A DNA stretch of 37,479 nt, from positions 1-37,479 of IMG/VR virus record IMGVR_UViG_3300017912_000738. One strand, 5' to 3'. Under the pieces are notes generated by a model, which did not search any database, was not told the DNA's origin, and was given only the letters and a program-made list of their open reading frames with translations. This DNA comes from a virus. Its lineage: Duplodnaviria; Caudoviricetes. The position numbers were made by a program, and so were the translations under genes. Positions 26,763 to 34,392 of the stretch are shown here, one piece after another. Position 1 is the first letter of the stretch. Each line of letters starts with the position of its first letter.

Positions 26763-26853
26763 CTTTTTTCTCCTTCTCCTTTTGTTCGAAATACTTTTTT
26801 AGGCTAATTTTTTGTAGAGGAGCTTGACGCTCCTCCGTTTCTTCTTTTGACAT
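26755..26853 (-). CDS. 32-aa charged peptide (not in ORF track)
   Basis: MSKEETEERQAPLQKISLKKYFEQKEKEKKDG. GGAGG RBS, TAATG coupling, overlaps the next start. Confidence 0.45.
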   Translation of the reverse strand: MSKEETEERQAPLQKISLKKYFEQKEKEKKDG

Positions 26854-27050
26854 TACTCCTCCAATCCGAATAGTCTGCTTTCTGTAGCGGCCTTTTCTTC
26901 CAGAAGTCCTACGCCCCCGCTAATAACGTATGACTTTATAAAGTCTCTGAAGCTCTCCTCTTCGTCAACTTTTTGCTCTTCGAAGTAGAGGCGCATAGCC
27001 TCCACTTCTCTGTTGCTAAGCTCGAAGGTATGTTCGATTTTAAATTTCAT
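26853..27050 (-). CDS. Early hypothetical protein (acidic, possibly RHH-like)
   Basis: GGAGG RBS, strand-helix-helix pattern. Confidence 0.65.
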   Translation of the reverse strand: MKFKIEHTFELSNREVEAMRLYFEEQKVDEEESFRDFIKSYVISGGVGLLEEKAATESRLFGLEE

Positions 27051-27051
27051 C

Positions 27052-27240
27052 TTACTCCTCCTCTCTGAGCTTTACGTTTTGAGGAACGTAGTATCCTACG
27101 CCTCGAACATCGTTATCGACCTTTACGCGCTTAGCTGTAGTGCCGAGAACAGTACCGGTGACCCAACAATCTGAGTCGACCCACGGAAGGTGAACTATGC
27201 ACTTTTGACCTTCCTTGAATTTTTTTGATAGATCTTCCAT
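27052..27240 (-). CDS. Early SH3-like small protein
   Basis: FKEGQKCIV...W..GTV....AKRVKV...Y.PQNVK, AGGAGG RBS. Confidence 0.7.
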   Translation of the reverse strand: MEDLSKKFKEGQKCIVHLPWVDSDCWVTGTVLGTTAKRVKVDNDVRGVGYYVPQNVKLREEE

Positions 27241-27456
27241 TTACGCCTCCTCTCTTTGATGCTGCAAAACAACCTCGGCTGCTTTCATGCAGAGATCCAC
27301 TTCCTTGTCGCTTAGTTGGTTAGCGATACCCATAGCCATTTTTTTAACTTCCTCAGCCTTCTCTTCGCTAGGAGCGGTAGCCATTAAGACAAGCGCTAAT
27401 GTTAGCGCGTCTTCTTTGCTTTTTATTTTTTCGTTTTCAAATAATGCTATCTGCAT
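27241..27456 (-). CDS. Early hypothetical helical protein
   Basis: First gene after cassette 3. GGAGAAG RBS supports ATG 27456. Confidence 0.7.
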   Translation of the reverse strand: MQIALFENEKIKSKEDALTLALVLMATAPSEEKAEEVKKMAMGIANQLSDKEVDLCMKAAEVVLQHQREEA

Positions 27457-27459
27457 TTT

Positions 27460-27514
27460 CTTCTCCATTGATTCGTTATATATCTAGAATAGGTTAACAA
27501 TCTGTTAACGTCAA
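27460..27514 (-). promoter_or_regulatory. Early promoter cassette 3 with TTAA-N7-TTAA box
   Basis: TTGACG-17-TATTCT. Box at 27494-27508 is identical to that of cassette 2. Leader ATAACGAATCAATGGAGAA. Confidence 0.88.
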
Positions 27515-27518
27515 GCGG

Positions 27519-27537
27519 AAAAGGAGCCGAAGCTCCT
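27519..27537 (-). terminator. Rho-independent terminator
   Basis: AGGAGC-TTCG-GCTCCT-TTT on the minus strand. Confidence 0.75.
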
Positions 27538-27541
27538 AATC

Positions 27542-27745
27542 CTATACATCGTTGAGTTTCAAACAATGTTCGAGAACTCGACGTCGTTCACTTTGGGACA
27601 GCTTCGATACGACGGACATCACGTTAAGTGCATTTGTTCGAACCTGATCTTTAGTGAACTTGTATTCCCTCGGCTTTGCAGCCTCCTTTCCTAAGCCGAG
27701 TTTGGTTATCATTTCTGGGTCAAGATCGCTAAGTTGTAGTGGCAT
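27542..27745 (-). CDS. Early hypothetical protein
   Basis: In the operon and ends before the terminator. Confidence 0.7.
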   Translation of the reverse strand: MPLQLSDLDPEMITKLGLGKEAAKPREYKFTKDQVRTNALNVMSVVSKLSQSERRRVLEHCLKLNDV

Positions 27746-27893
27746 CAGCTTTGACCTTTTCTATGTTCACGCAATCTAACTGGAACTTGACGTGGACGTT
27801 GCCGCCTTGCATCGAGCTTACCGTGTATTCGCATGGGCAAGTTCGAAGCCAATCTAGGATCGGATCTAAGTCCTCTGCTTTGACTATCAGCAT
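27729..27893 (-). CDS. 54-aa hypothetical protein (not in ORF track)
   Basis: MLIVKAEDLDPILDWLRTCPCEYTVSSMQGGNVHVKFQLDCVNIEKVKADATTT. TGATG coupling, fills the gap. Confidence 0.6.
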   Translation of the reverse strand: MLIVKAEDLDPILDWLRTCPCEYTVSSMQGGNVHVKFQLDCVNIEKVKADATTT

Positions 27894-28306
27894 CACGCGA
27901 CCCCCCTCTGAGCTTTGAGACCCTTCTTGAGCATATCGATTGCCTCAGCTTTATCGCCCCTGATCAAAGTATCTAGCGACCACTGCACCCAACTTTCGGC
28001 GCTCTTAATGAGCCTGACGTCTTCAAAATCGTCGTCGTCGGGATGACCTAGATGGTCTGGATACTCAGGAACATTTTCTGGGCAATCAATATCAACATTG
28101 TTTCTCAATGCTTCTTCGAGCCAATCATCGTTTGTAGTTTTTACCGGCTTGTCGTAGCCGCCTCCAACCTGATTGGCGTTGAGCCAATTAATCAGATCTT
28201 GCTTTGAGGTCGGTACGTCAACCTCGACCCAGTTTCTTGGAGCGCCTTTCTGGGCGTCTCTCTGAGTGCCAAACCACTGGCCATTTTTATTGGTGTAAAG
28301 TCTCAT
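27893..28306 (-). CDS. Early hypothetical protein
   Basis: W.GTQ.DA...W..V.VPT.K..L..WLN N-domain, acidic linker, ATGA overlap. Confidence 0.75.
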   Translation of the reverse strand: MRLYTNKNGQWFGTQRDAQKGAPRNWVEVDVPTSKQDLINWLNANQVGGGYDKPVKTTNDDWLEEALRNNVDIDCPENVPEYPDHLGHPDDDDFEDVRLIKSAESWVQWSLDTLIRGDKAEAIDMLKKGLKAQRGVA

Positions 28307-28611
28307 TGATCGAACTCCTCATATTCGAAATCTGTTCTGTCATAAATTGACGGAACGCTTAGCTTACCATCGTCTTCGATGTATCGAAAAGCTGCGCTTG
28401 TGGCGCCATGCACCATTACCCACTGATGAATTATAGCGATTGCGTGCTTAACATCGACGGCGTCAAACTCGTAAAATCTTTCGTCCACGTCCATTCTTGG
28501 ATGGATCTCTACATGAACCACCAATTCAGCCTTCTTGGTAATTCGACCTACTCTTTTCAGTCTAAGCTCGGCAGCTTGGTCTGATGTTAAAAATTTAATT
28601 GAATGTGGCAT
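28303..28611 (-). CDS. Early hypothetical protein
   Basis: AAGGAGAAG RBS. Confidence 0.7.
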   Translation of the reverse strand: MPHSIKFLTSDQAAELRLKRVGRITKKAELVVHVEIHPRMDVDERFYEFDAVDVKHAIAIIHQWVMVHGATSAAFRYIEDDGKLSVPSIYDRTDFEYEEFDQ

Positions 28612-28628
28612 TACACACTTCTCCTTTC

Positions 28629-28648
28629 TGGGGGGACTAAGCCCCCCT
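28629..28648. terminator. GC hairpin between early genes (attenuator or stabiliser)
   Basis: GGGGGG-ACTAAG-CCCCCC with no clear U tract. Confidence 0.4.
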
Positions 28649-28656
28649 GTTGATTA

Positions 28657-28914
28657 TCAATAAGCGATGTCAGCTTTTTCTACTCCGGCGTAGAACATTT
28701 TTTTTGCATCGCCATCGTTAAGAAAATTTTCTTCGGTAGCAAAATCCATGTCGGATGAAAAATGCGCGATTGAGCTTAGACCATATTTTTTAACAAACTC
28801 TGTTACGTCTTGCTCGTTGTCAGCTCTTCTTTTAATTTCTCCTTCAGGAGTATTGATTGTTAAAAGAAGTCCTGCGTTATCTGCATTTACAAAATTAATT
28901 CCGAACTGTTTCAT
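28657..28914 (-). CDS. Early hypothetical protein
   Basis: First gene after cassette 4. GGAGAAG RBS supports ATG 28914. Confidence 0.7.
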   Translation of the reverse strand: MKQFGINFVNADNAGLLLTINTPEGEIKRRADNEQDVTEFVKKYGLSSIAHFSSDMDFATEENFLNDGDAKKMFYAGVEKADIAY

Positions 28915-28917
28915 TTT

Positions 28918-28973
28918 CTTCTCCATTTCATTTCCTATACATTAACAATACGCTAACATGATGTTAACGTCAA
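28918..28973 (-). promoter_or_regulatory. Early promoter cassette 4 (degenerate) with three phased TTAAC/CTAAC half-sites
   Basis: TTGACG-17-TATTGT. Plus strand TTAAC-N6-CTAAC-N6-TTAAC at 28942-28968. Confidence 0.8.
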
Positions 28974-28992
28974 CATCAAAAAAGTCCAGGCA

Positions 28993-29005
28993 AATCAATG
29001 ACTTA
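28993..29005 (+). promoter_or_regulatory. IHF-binding consensus site
   Basis: AATCAATGACTTA matches WATCAANNNNTTR, with an upstream A-tract, between divergent promoters. Confidence 0.55.
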
Positions 29006-29055
29006 CAAGATGGACATTTTTTAAAAAGTTAAAAATAAGAATCAATTTATACAAA

Positions 29056-29084
29056 TTGAAAAAATGATTCTTTCCTGTCAGACT
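29056..29084 (+). promoter_or_regulatory. Sigma70-like promoter for the candidate sRNA
   Basis: TTGAAA-17-CAGACT with an extended -10 TG. Confidence 0.5.
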
Positions 29085-29087
29085 AAG

Positions 29088-29182
29088 CTTAGCGGTTTTT
29101 CCCTTCCTTTTGCCGCTAGAGCATCGATAACATTGGTCGCTCCCCCACGCGTATCTTCTCTCTTACGCGTGGGGTTTATTTT
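29088..29182 (+). ncRNA. Candidate small RNA with two hairpins carrying CU-rich (anti-SD-like) loops
   Basis: TAGCGGT/GCCGCTA stem with loop TTTTCCCTTCCTTTT. Perfect 11-bp CCCCACGCGTA/TACGCGTGGGG stem with loop TCTTCTCTCT and a T-rich tail. Confidence 0.55.
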
Positions 29183-29229
29183 GCTAGAAAATCCTGTATT
29201 ATGTAGCAAACATTTATGGAGGTTTTGCT

Positions 29230-29346
29230 ATGCCTATGGTCGGCGGAAAAAAATACGCATACAACACTAAAGGAATGAAAGCTGCAAAGAAAGCAGCCAA
29301 GAAGTCAGGCAAGAAAATCAGCTACAAGAAAAAGGCTAAAAAGTAA
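29230..29346 (+). CDS. 38-aa lysine-rich protein (not in ORF track)
   Basis: MPMVGGKKYAYNTKGMKAAKKAAKKSGKKISYKKKAKK, GGAGG RBS. Confidence 0.75.
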   Translation: MPMVGGKKYAYNTKGMKAAKKAAKKSGKKISYKKKAKK

Positions 29347-29516
29347 TGGCTGTAAAAGGAGCTAGAAAAAAGTCTTCAAGTCCGAAGCCTAAAAATCCTA
29401 AGCTTTACTCTCGCGTAAAGTCTGAGGCTAAGAAAAAATTTAAAGTTTATCCGTCTGCATATGCCAACGCTTGGCTCGTGAGAACGTACAAAAAGCGTGG
29501 CGGAACTTATGCCTAA
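29346..29516 (+). CDS. 56-aa basic protein, DUF5872-like (not in ORF track)
   Basis: PKNPKLYSRVKSEAKKKFKVYPSAYANAWLVRTYKKRGGTY, TAATG coupling. Confidence 0.75.
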   Translation: MAVKGARKKSSSPKPKNPKLYSRVKSEAKKKFKVYPSAYANAWLVRTYKKRGGTYA

Positions 29517-29736
29517 AACGAGAGGCGGATTAACGAAGTGGTTTAAAGAGGATTGGCGAGACGTCAAAACCGGCAAGAAGTGCGGTCGAACCAAATCCAA
29601 GAAAGACAAGGGTAGACCATATCCCGCCTGTCGTCCCGCAAGTCAGGCAAAATCAGCCGCAGCTAAAAAGGCTGCAAAACGTAAAACTGGGCCGAAGCGC
29701 ATAAGTTGGAAGCCAAAGAAGAGGTCGAGCAAATGA
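29509..29736 (+). CDS. 75-aa basic protein with GLTKWFKEDW...CGR...YPACRP motif
   Basis: Overlaps the previous gene. Motif usually associated with DUF5872-type proteins. Confidence 0.75.
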   Translation: MPKTRGGLTKWFKEDWRDVKTGKKCGRTKSKKDKGRPYPACRPASQAKSAAAKKAAKRKTGPKRISWKPKKRSSK

Positions 29737-30368
29737 TATTAGGTTTATTAGGAGGCGCAGCCAAGGGGATTGGTAGAGATCTCAGCATGGGTTTTGGGCT
29801 TACTGAGAGAGATCAGGATTATTACGATAGAACCAAAGAAACTTTACGGCGTCAATACGGCGACGCAAGAGCTGACTTGTATGAAAGACAGACAGCCGCT
29901 CAGAGAGCTGCGGCCCCTGAAGGTAGAGTTGAAAATCCGAGACGATCCGAAAAAGGAATACTCTCAACAATTATTGGCGACCTAAAGCTAGGGCTGCCAA
30001 ATCAAGGCAGATCAACGAGAGCGACAAGTAGCGGTTCTACTTCTGGCTCCGATATGTCGTCAATCCCAAGGCCGAGGATGCGCCCAATGATGAGCGGTTA
30101 CGACGACGCTCCGTTGCAAATGATGCAGCGCAATATGATGCTCGGACCATTTGCCTCAGATCCTAGACTTAACATGGCGCCATTTTCAAACGACGTAAGA
30201 GGCCCAGATCGGGGTATTATTGGCGTTCCAGACCCAGAGCCGGTTACATCTGGTTTAATCCCAAGAATACCAACTTTCGAAGAATTTTTGGATGCTACAG
30301 GCCTTGAGGATACAGAAGAAAACAGAGAGGTCTATATTGAAACTTATGTTAGGGCTATGGGTGGTTAA
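29733..30368 (+). CDS. Hypothetical protein (low complexity, likely virion-internal)
   Basis: ATGA overlap and GAGG RBS. M/P/S-rich disordered middle. Confidence 0.65.
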   Translation: MILGLLGGAAKGIGRDLSMGFGLTERDQDYYDRTKETLRRQYGDARADLYERQTAAQRAAAPEGRVENPRRSEKGILSTIIGDLKLGLPNQGRSTRATSSGSTSGSDMSSIPRPRMRPMMSGYDDAPLQMMQRNMMLGPFASDPRLNMAPFSNDVRGPDRGIIGVPDPEPVTSGLIPRIPTFEEFLDATGLEDTEENREVYIETYVRAMGG

Positions 30369-30622
30369 TGCCGACTAAGAAGCGTAAAAAGGGTCCAAGC
30401 CTATCCGTTGGTCGAGGTGAAAAGCTTTCTGTTAAGCGTGGAGGCGGTTTAACCGCTAAGGGTCGGGCTAAGTATAATCGGGCAACCGGATCAAATCTCA
30501 AGGCTCCGGCGCCTAATCCTAAAACTAAAAAAGATAAAGCTCGAAAAAAATCTTTTTGCGCTCGAAGCCGTGGTTGGACGGGCGAAAGAGGTAAAGCAGC
30601 TCGAAGACGTTGGAAGTGCTAA
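30368..30622 (+). CDS. Basic protein, DUF6321-like
   Basis: GGLTAKGRAKYNRATGSNLKAP...RKKSFCAR...RRWKC. Confidence 0.75.
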   Translation: MPTKKRKKGPSLSVGRGEKLSVKRGGGLTAKGRAKYNRATGSNLKAPAPNPKTKKDKARKKSFCARSRGWTGERGKAARRRWKC

Positions 30623-32011
30623 ATGAATATTCTTGACTACGTTATGGCAAATCCAAACACGAATATTGCGCGTCAGTACGGCGTGCAGCCTGTTAATGTA
30701 AATACGGATATGACTTTTCGAGATCTGGGGTTGCTCGGCTTATCGATGACGCCTGTTATTGGCGATGCTATGGCAGCCAAAGAAGCTTACGACGAATTAT
30801 CAAAAGCAAATCCTAATTATCTAGCCGGAGGTTTACTTGCCGGTGCAGCGCTTGCCGGAGCTGTTCCGCTTGTCGGAGATGTCGCCGCTCAGCCTCTCAG
30901 AGCTGCGGGGCGTAAAGTAGCCCAGAGACTAAATCAGCGTGGCGAGATGCCAACGGTTTATAGTAACCCGATTTTAGCGAGAAAGCCTAAGCCTCCAACA
31001 AAGGAGGAGCTTGATCCTTTAGGGTATCAAAAAACAAAAATGCGGGACTATTTATCTAACACTGTCGTTAAAACAAAAGATCTAAAAGAAAAGGCTCCAA
31101 AGATACCCAGAACTTGGGAAGAGATGGAAGGTAAAGTAGTTTTGCCTTTTTATGGTGATAGAACTAGCGGCGGTCTTTTAGTTCAAGGCGTTGATGATAT
31201 AAAATTTAAAAAACCTGTTAGGACTGAAGCCGGTACTGATTTTATGAGAATGAAGGCTAATCAAGATCAAAGAGCTATCTGGGCTTCAGACAGTGGTATA
31301 ATAAAAAGACTTGCTGACGAAGCTGATAAGGCTAGAAAAGATTTTGACGGTAAAGATGTTTATGCAATGACTGGAAGCATGGCGCCTAACGCAAATGACT
31401 TTGCTACTTTTACCGGTGAAATTTTTGCAGAAATGGTTGATCCTTCAAAAATTACTAAAAAAGCTAAAAAAGCATTTGATAAAGAAATGAAGTTTAACGA
31501 CCCAACTTTTGTTGGATTAGATTCTCCCAAGTTGAGAGAATGGGTAAAAAATGCTTCTCCAGAAAAAAGAAAGACTTTTATTAGATTGGCTGACAGTAAT
31601 CCAATGCAAGCAGCCGGTATGCCTAGCCCCGCTCAGGCTCGTTATGCTGCCACAGACATTATTCAAAGAGATTTAAAATCTGGTATGTTTGGGTTAGGTG
31701 TTTCTAAAATTGATGAAGTTTCGCCAATTTTAAGAAAAGATCCTGTTGGAAACAATCCGGCTATCATGCACCCTCACTCAACATATAACACGCAATTAAC
31801 AGGGGATTATTTTGGATCTCTTCCTCCTGTTCCGCAAGGATTAATATTTAAGGACTTATATGACTCTATGGCAAATAAGCTTACTAAAGCGGGAAAGCCT
31901 TTTACTGAGTCTCACAAAACTTATTCAATGACAAGACAACTTCCGGCTCAAGAAATTAGACCGGAAATTTTAGATGGAATTTTAGATTACTTGGCTAAGA
32001 AGGATCGTTAG
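30623..32011 (+). CDS. Hypothetical protein with pre-toxin-TG-like N-terminal repeats and an unassigned globular C-terminal domain
   Basis: MTPVIGDA...AVPLVGDV hydrophobic hairpin repeats. Directly upstream of the portal. Confidence 0.6.
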   Translation: MNILDYVMANPNTNIARQYGVQPVNVNTDMTFRDLGLLGLSMTPVIGDAMAAKEAYDELSKANPNYLAGGLLAGAALAGAVPLVGDVAAQPLRAAGRKVAQRLNQRGEMPTVYSNPILARKPKPPTKEELDPLGYQKTKMRDYLSNTVVKTKDLKEKAPKIPRTWEEMEGKVVLPFYGDRTSGGLLVQGVDDIKFKKPVRTEAGTDFMRMKANQDQRAIWASDSGIIKRLADEADKARKDFDGKDVYAMTGSMAPNANDFATFTGEIFAEMVDPSKITKKAKKAFDKEMKFNDPTFVGLDSPKLREWVKNASPEKRKTFIRLADSNPMQAAGMPSPAQARYAATDIIQRDLKSGMFGLGVSKIDEVSPILRKDPVGNNPAIMHPHSTYNTQLTGDYFGSLPPVPQGLIFKDLYDSMANKLTKAGKPFTESHKTYSMTRQLPAQEIRPEILDGILDYLAKKDR

Positions 32012-32013
32012 GA

Positions 32014-34125
32014 ATGAAAAACGAAATAAACGAATTAGCGAATAGCTTGGAAGCAGAAATAGATCCTAACGTAATGAGCGAGGAGGAGCTTCAAGGGATT
32101 GTCGGCAAGGAGATCGAAGACGCGGTCGATTATGCTGATAATACAGTTTCACCTATCAGAGCTTCAGCAACTGAGTATTATCGAGGTGATCCATTTGGCA
32201 ACGAAGAAGACGGTCGCAGCCAAGTCGTCAGTATGGACGTTCGAGATACCGTTCAAGCGATTATGCCGTCTTTGATGCGTATTTTTAACTCTACTGAGAA
32301 TACGGTTGAATATGCTCCACATGGACCGGAAGACGTAGCTAACGCAAAGCAAGCTACAGAATACGCTAATTTTATTATTAACAGAGACAACAACGGGTTC
32401 CTTGAGATGCACGCTGCTTTCAAAGACGCGCTAATTCGCAAAGTCGGCGTGCTTAAATGCTATTGGGATGACCAGACGCGTTACGAGACATTAGACTTTA
32501 CAGGGCTAGACGATAACGCTCTGTCGGCGCTTATGGCAGATCCAGACGCAGAAATTGATATTTTAGCGTCTGAGGCTATGGGCGAACCTGAAATGGACCC
32601 TATGACCGGCGAGATCATGGAGCCGCCAATGATGCACTCTGTGCGCGTTACCTACACGCATCCAGACGGACGCGTAAAATTAGAGGCTGTACCGCCAGAA
32701 GAATTTATCATTTCTCGTGAAGCTAAGTCTATCGAGACGGCTGATTATTGCGCCCACCGGCGTATTCTTACCGTGTCCGAGCTTGTGGCTATGGGCTATG
32801 ACTTTGATGTCGTGTCGAAAATGTCCTCAGCTCATGAGGATATGCTTACCAACATTGAGCGACATACGCGTAACCCGCACCTTCAAAACGAAATGAACGA
32901 GCGCAACGACCCTGCTATGAAAAAGGTCATGTATATAGAAAATTACATCAAGGTTGATTACGACGGAGATGGCATAGCGGAACTTAGAAAAATATGCACC
33001 GGAGGCGACGGTAACGAAATTTTAATGAACGAGCCTTGCCACATGGCGCCATTTGCATCGTTCTGCCCAGATCCAGAAGCACATGATTTTTACGGCATGA
33101 GTATTGCTGATACGGTTGCTGATATACAGCGTATCAAGTCAAGCATTATGAGAAACACGCTTGATAGCTTGTCTATGTCTATTCACCCAAGAATAGCTAT
33201 CACGGAAGGAATGGTAAACTTAGATGATGCCATGTCAACTGAGGTCGGCTCCGTGATCCGCCAGAGGGCAAACGGTTCGATTCAACAGCTTGTTTTGCCA
33301 TTTGTTGGTAAAGAAGCTTTTCCAGTATTGCAGTATATGGATCAGCTAAAAGAAGCTCGTACAGGCATTTCAAAGGCTTCTGCGGGGCTAGATGCTCAGG
33401 CGTTGCAGTCTACAACCGCCTCAGCCGTTGCCGCTACTGTGAGCGCAGCTCAGCAACACATAGAACTTATCGCACGCATATTTGCCGAGACAGGCATGAA
33501 GCGTCTTTACAAGATTGTTTTACATCTAATTACCACGCACCAAGACCGGCCTCGTATGGTCAGGCTAACAAATGATTTTGTCGAAATAGATCCCCGCGTA
33601 TGGAACGCAAACATGGATGTATCTATAAAAGTCGCTCTTGGGCGTGGTACGGACACAGAGCGTATGCTGATGCTTAGACAGATTGGTGAGATGCAAAAAG
33701 ATGCTATGCAAACTATGGGCGCGATTAATCCGCTCACAGACATGAGCAAGCTTGCAAATACTCTTAAATCGATGACAGAGCTTGCCGGATTTAAGGATAC
33801 ATCTCAATTTTGGAGTGATCCGGCGCAGTTTAACCCACCGCCTAAAGAGGATAAGCCAGACATCAACGAACAGCTTATCGCGGTTCAGATCCAACAGATA
33901 CAGGCAGATATTCAGAAAAAAGCCGCAGAGCTTGAGCTAGAGCGTGAAAAAATGATCATGGACGATGATCGTAAGCGCGATGAGCTTGACGCAGATCTAT
34001 TTGTTAAGGCTGAAGAAATGAAAGCCAAATATGGAACGCAGCTAAACGTAGAGCAAATCAGAGCTGATCTGGCTATAAACAGAGAAGTTCTAAAAGGTCA
34101 GGTTGACGTAATAAATGAGGGATAG
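32014..34125 (+). CDS. Portal protein
   Basis: 703 aa with YYRG...GRSQVVS.DV.DTV, FKDALIRKVG..K.YWD, E..TG.S....G and a C-terminal Q-rich coiled coil. Precedes scaffold and capsid. Confidence 0.93.
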   Translation: MKNEINELANSLEAEIDPNVMSEEELQGIVGKEIEDAVDYADNTVSPIRASATEYYRGDPFGNEEDGRSQVVSMDVRDTVQAIMPSLMRIFNSTENTVEYAPHGPEDVANAKQATEYANFIINRDNNGFLEMHAAFKDALIRKVGVLKCYWDDQTRYETLDFTGLDDNALSALMADPDAEIDILASEAMGEPEMDPMTGEIMEPPMMHSVRVTYTHPDGRVKLEAVPPEEFIISREAKSIETADYCAHRRILTVSELVAMGYDFDVVSKMSSAHEDMLTNIERHTRNPHLQNEMNERNDPAMKKVMYIENYIKVDYDGDGIAELRKICTGGDGNEILMNEPCHMAPFASFCPDPEAHDFYGMSIADTVADIQRIKSSIMRNTLDSLSMSIHPRIAITEGMVNLDDAMSTEVGSVIRQRANGSIQQLVLPFVGKEAFPVLQYMDQLKEARTGISKASAGLDAQALQSTTASAVAATVSAAQQHIELIARIFAETGMKRLYKIVLHLITTHQDRPRMVRLTNDFVEIDPRVWNANMDVSIKVALGRGTDTERMLMLRQIGEMQKDAMQTMGAINPLTDMSKLANTLKSMTELAGFKDTSQFWSDPAQFNPPPKEDKPDINEQLIAVQIQQIQADIQKKAAELELEREKMIMDDDRKRDELDADLFVKAEEMKAKYGTQLNVEQIRADLAINREVLKGQVDVINEG

Positions 34126-34371
34126 ATGGCCAAATCAAAACAGGAGATCATCGACGATGGTAATCAGGCAGAGAGGTTATTAAAAGATACAGATCTAATA
34201 AGATTTTTAGATGAAATGAGAGCGAATTGTTGGGTTGAGTTCGAGGCAACTGAACTTAATGATAAGGAAGGGCGCGAAGCTATTTATCTTAAACTAAGAG
34301 GCGTCGAATATGTTCGACAAAGTTTAAAAGTAATGGTTGATAATGCGTCTATTGAAAAAAAAGTAAAATAG
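34126..34371 (+). CDS. Small conserved head-module protein
   Basis: A..LL.D...RE..Y pattern, between portal and scaffold. Confidence 0.75.
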   Translation: MAKSKQEIIDDGNQAERLLKDTDLIRFLDEMRANCWVEFEATELNDKEGREAIYLKLRGVEYVRQSLKVMVDNASIEKKVK

Positions 34372-34392
34372 ATACATAATAGGAGTTAAAAG

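Noticed and set aside
29064-29270. 68-aa ORF from the track
   Set aside because: It has no RBS, runs through two hairpins and a terminator, and overlaps the better-supported 29230 gene
34352-34380. TTGAAA-17-CATAAT promoter before the scaffold gene
   Set aside because: The predicted +1 would fall downstream of the AGGAG RBS and the region is a simple A-tract, so it is not called
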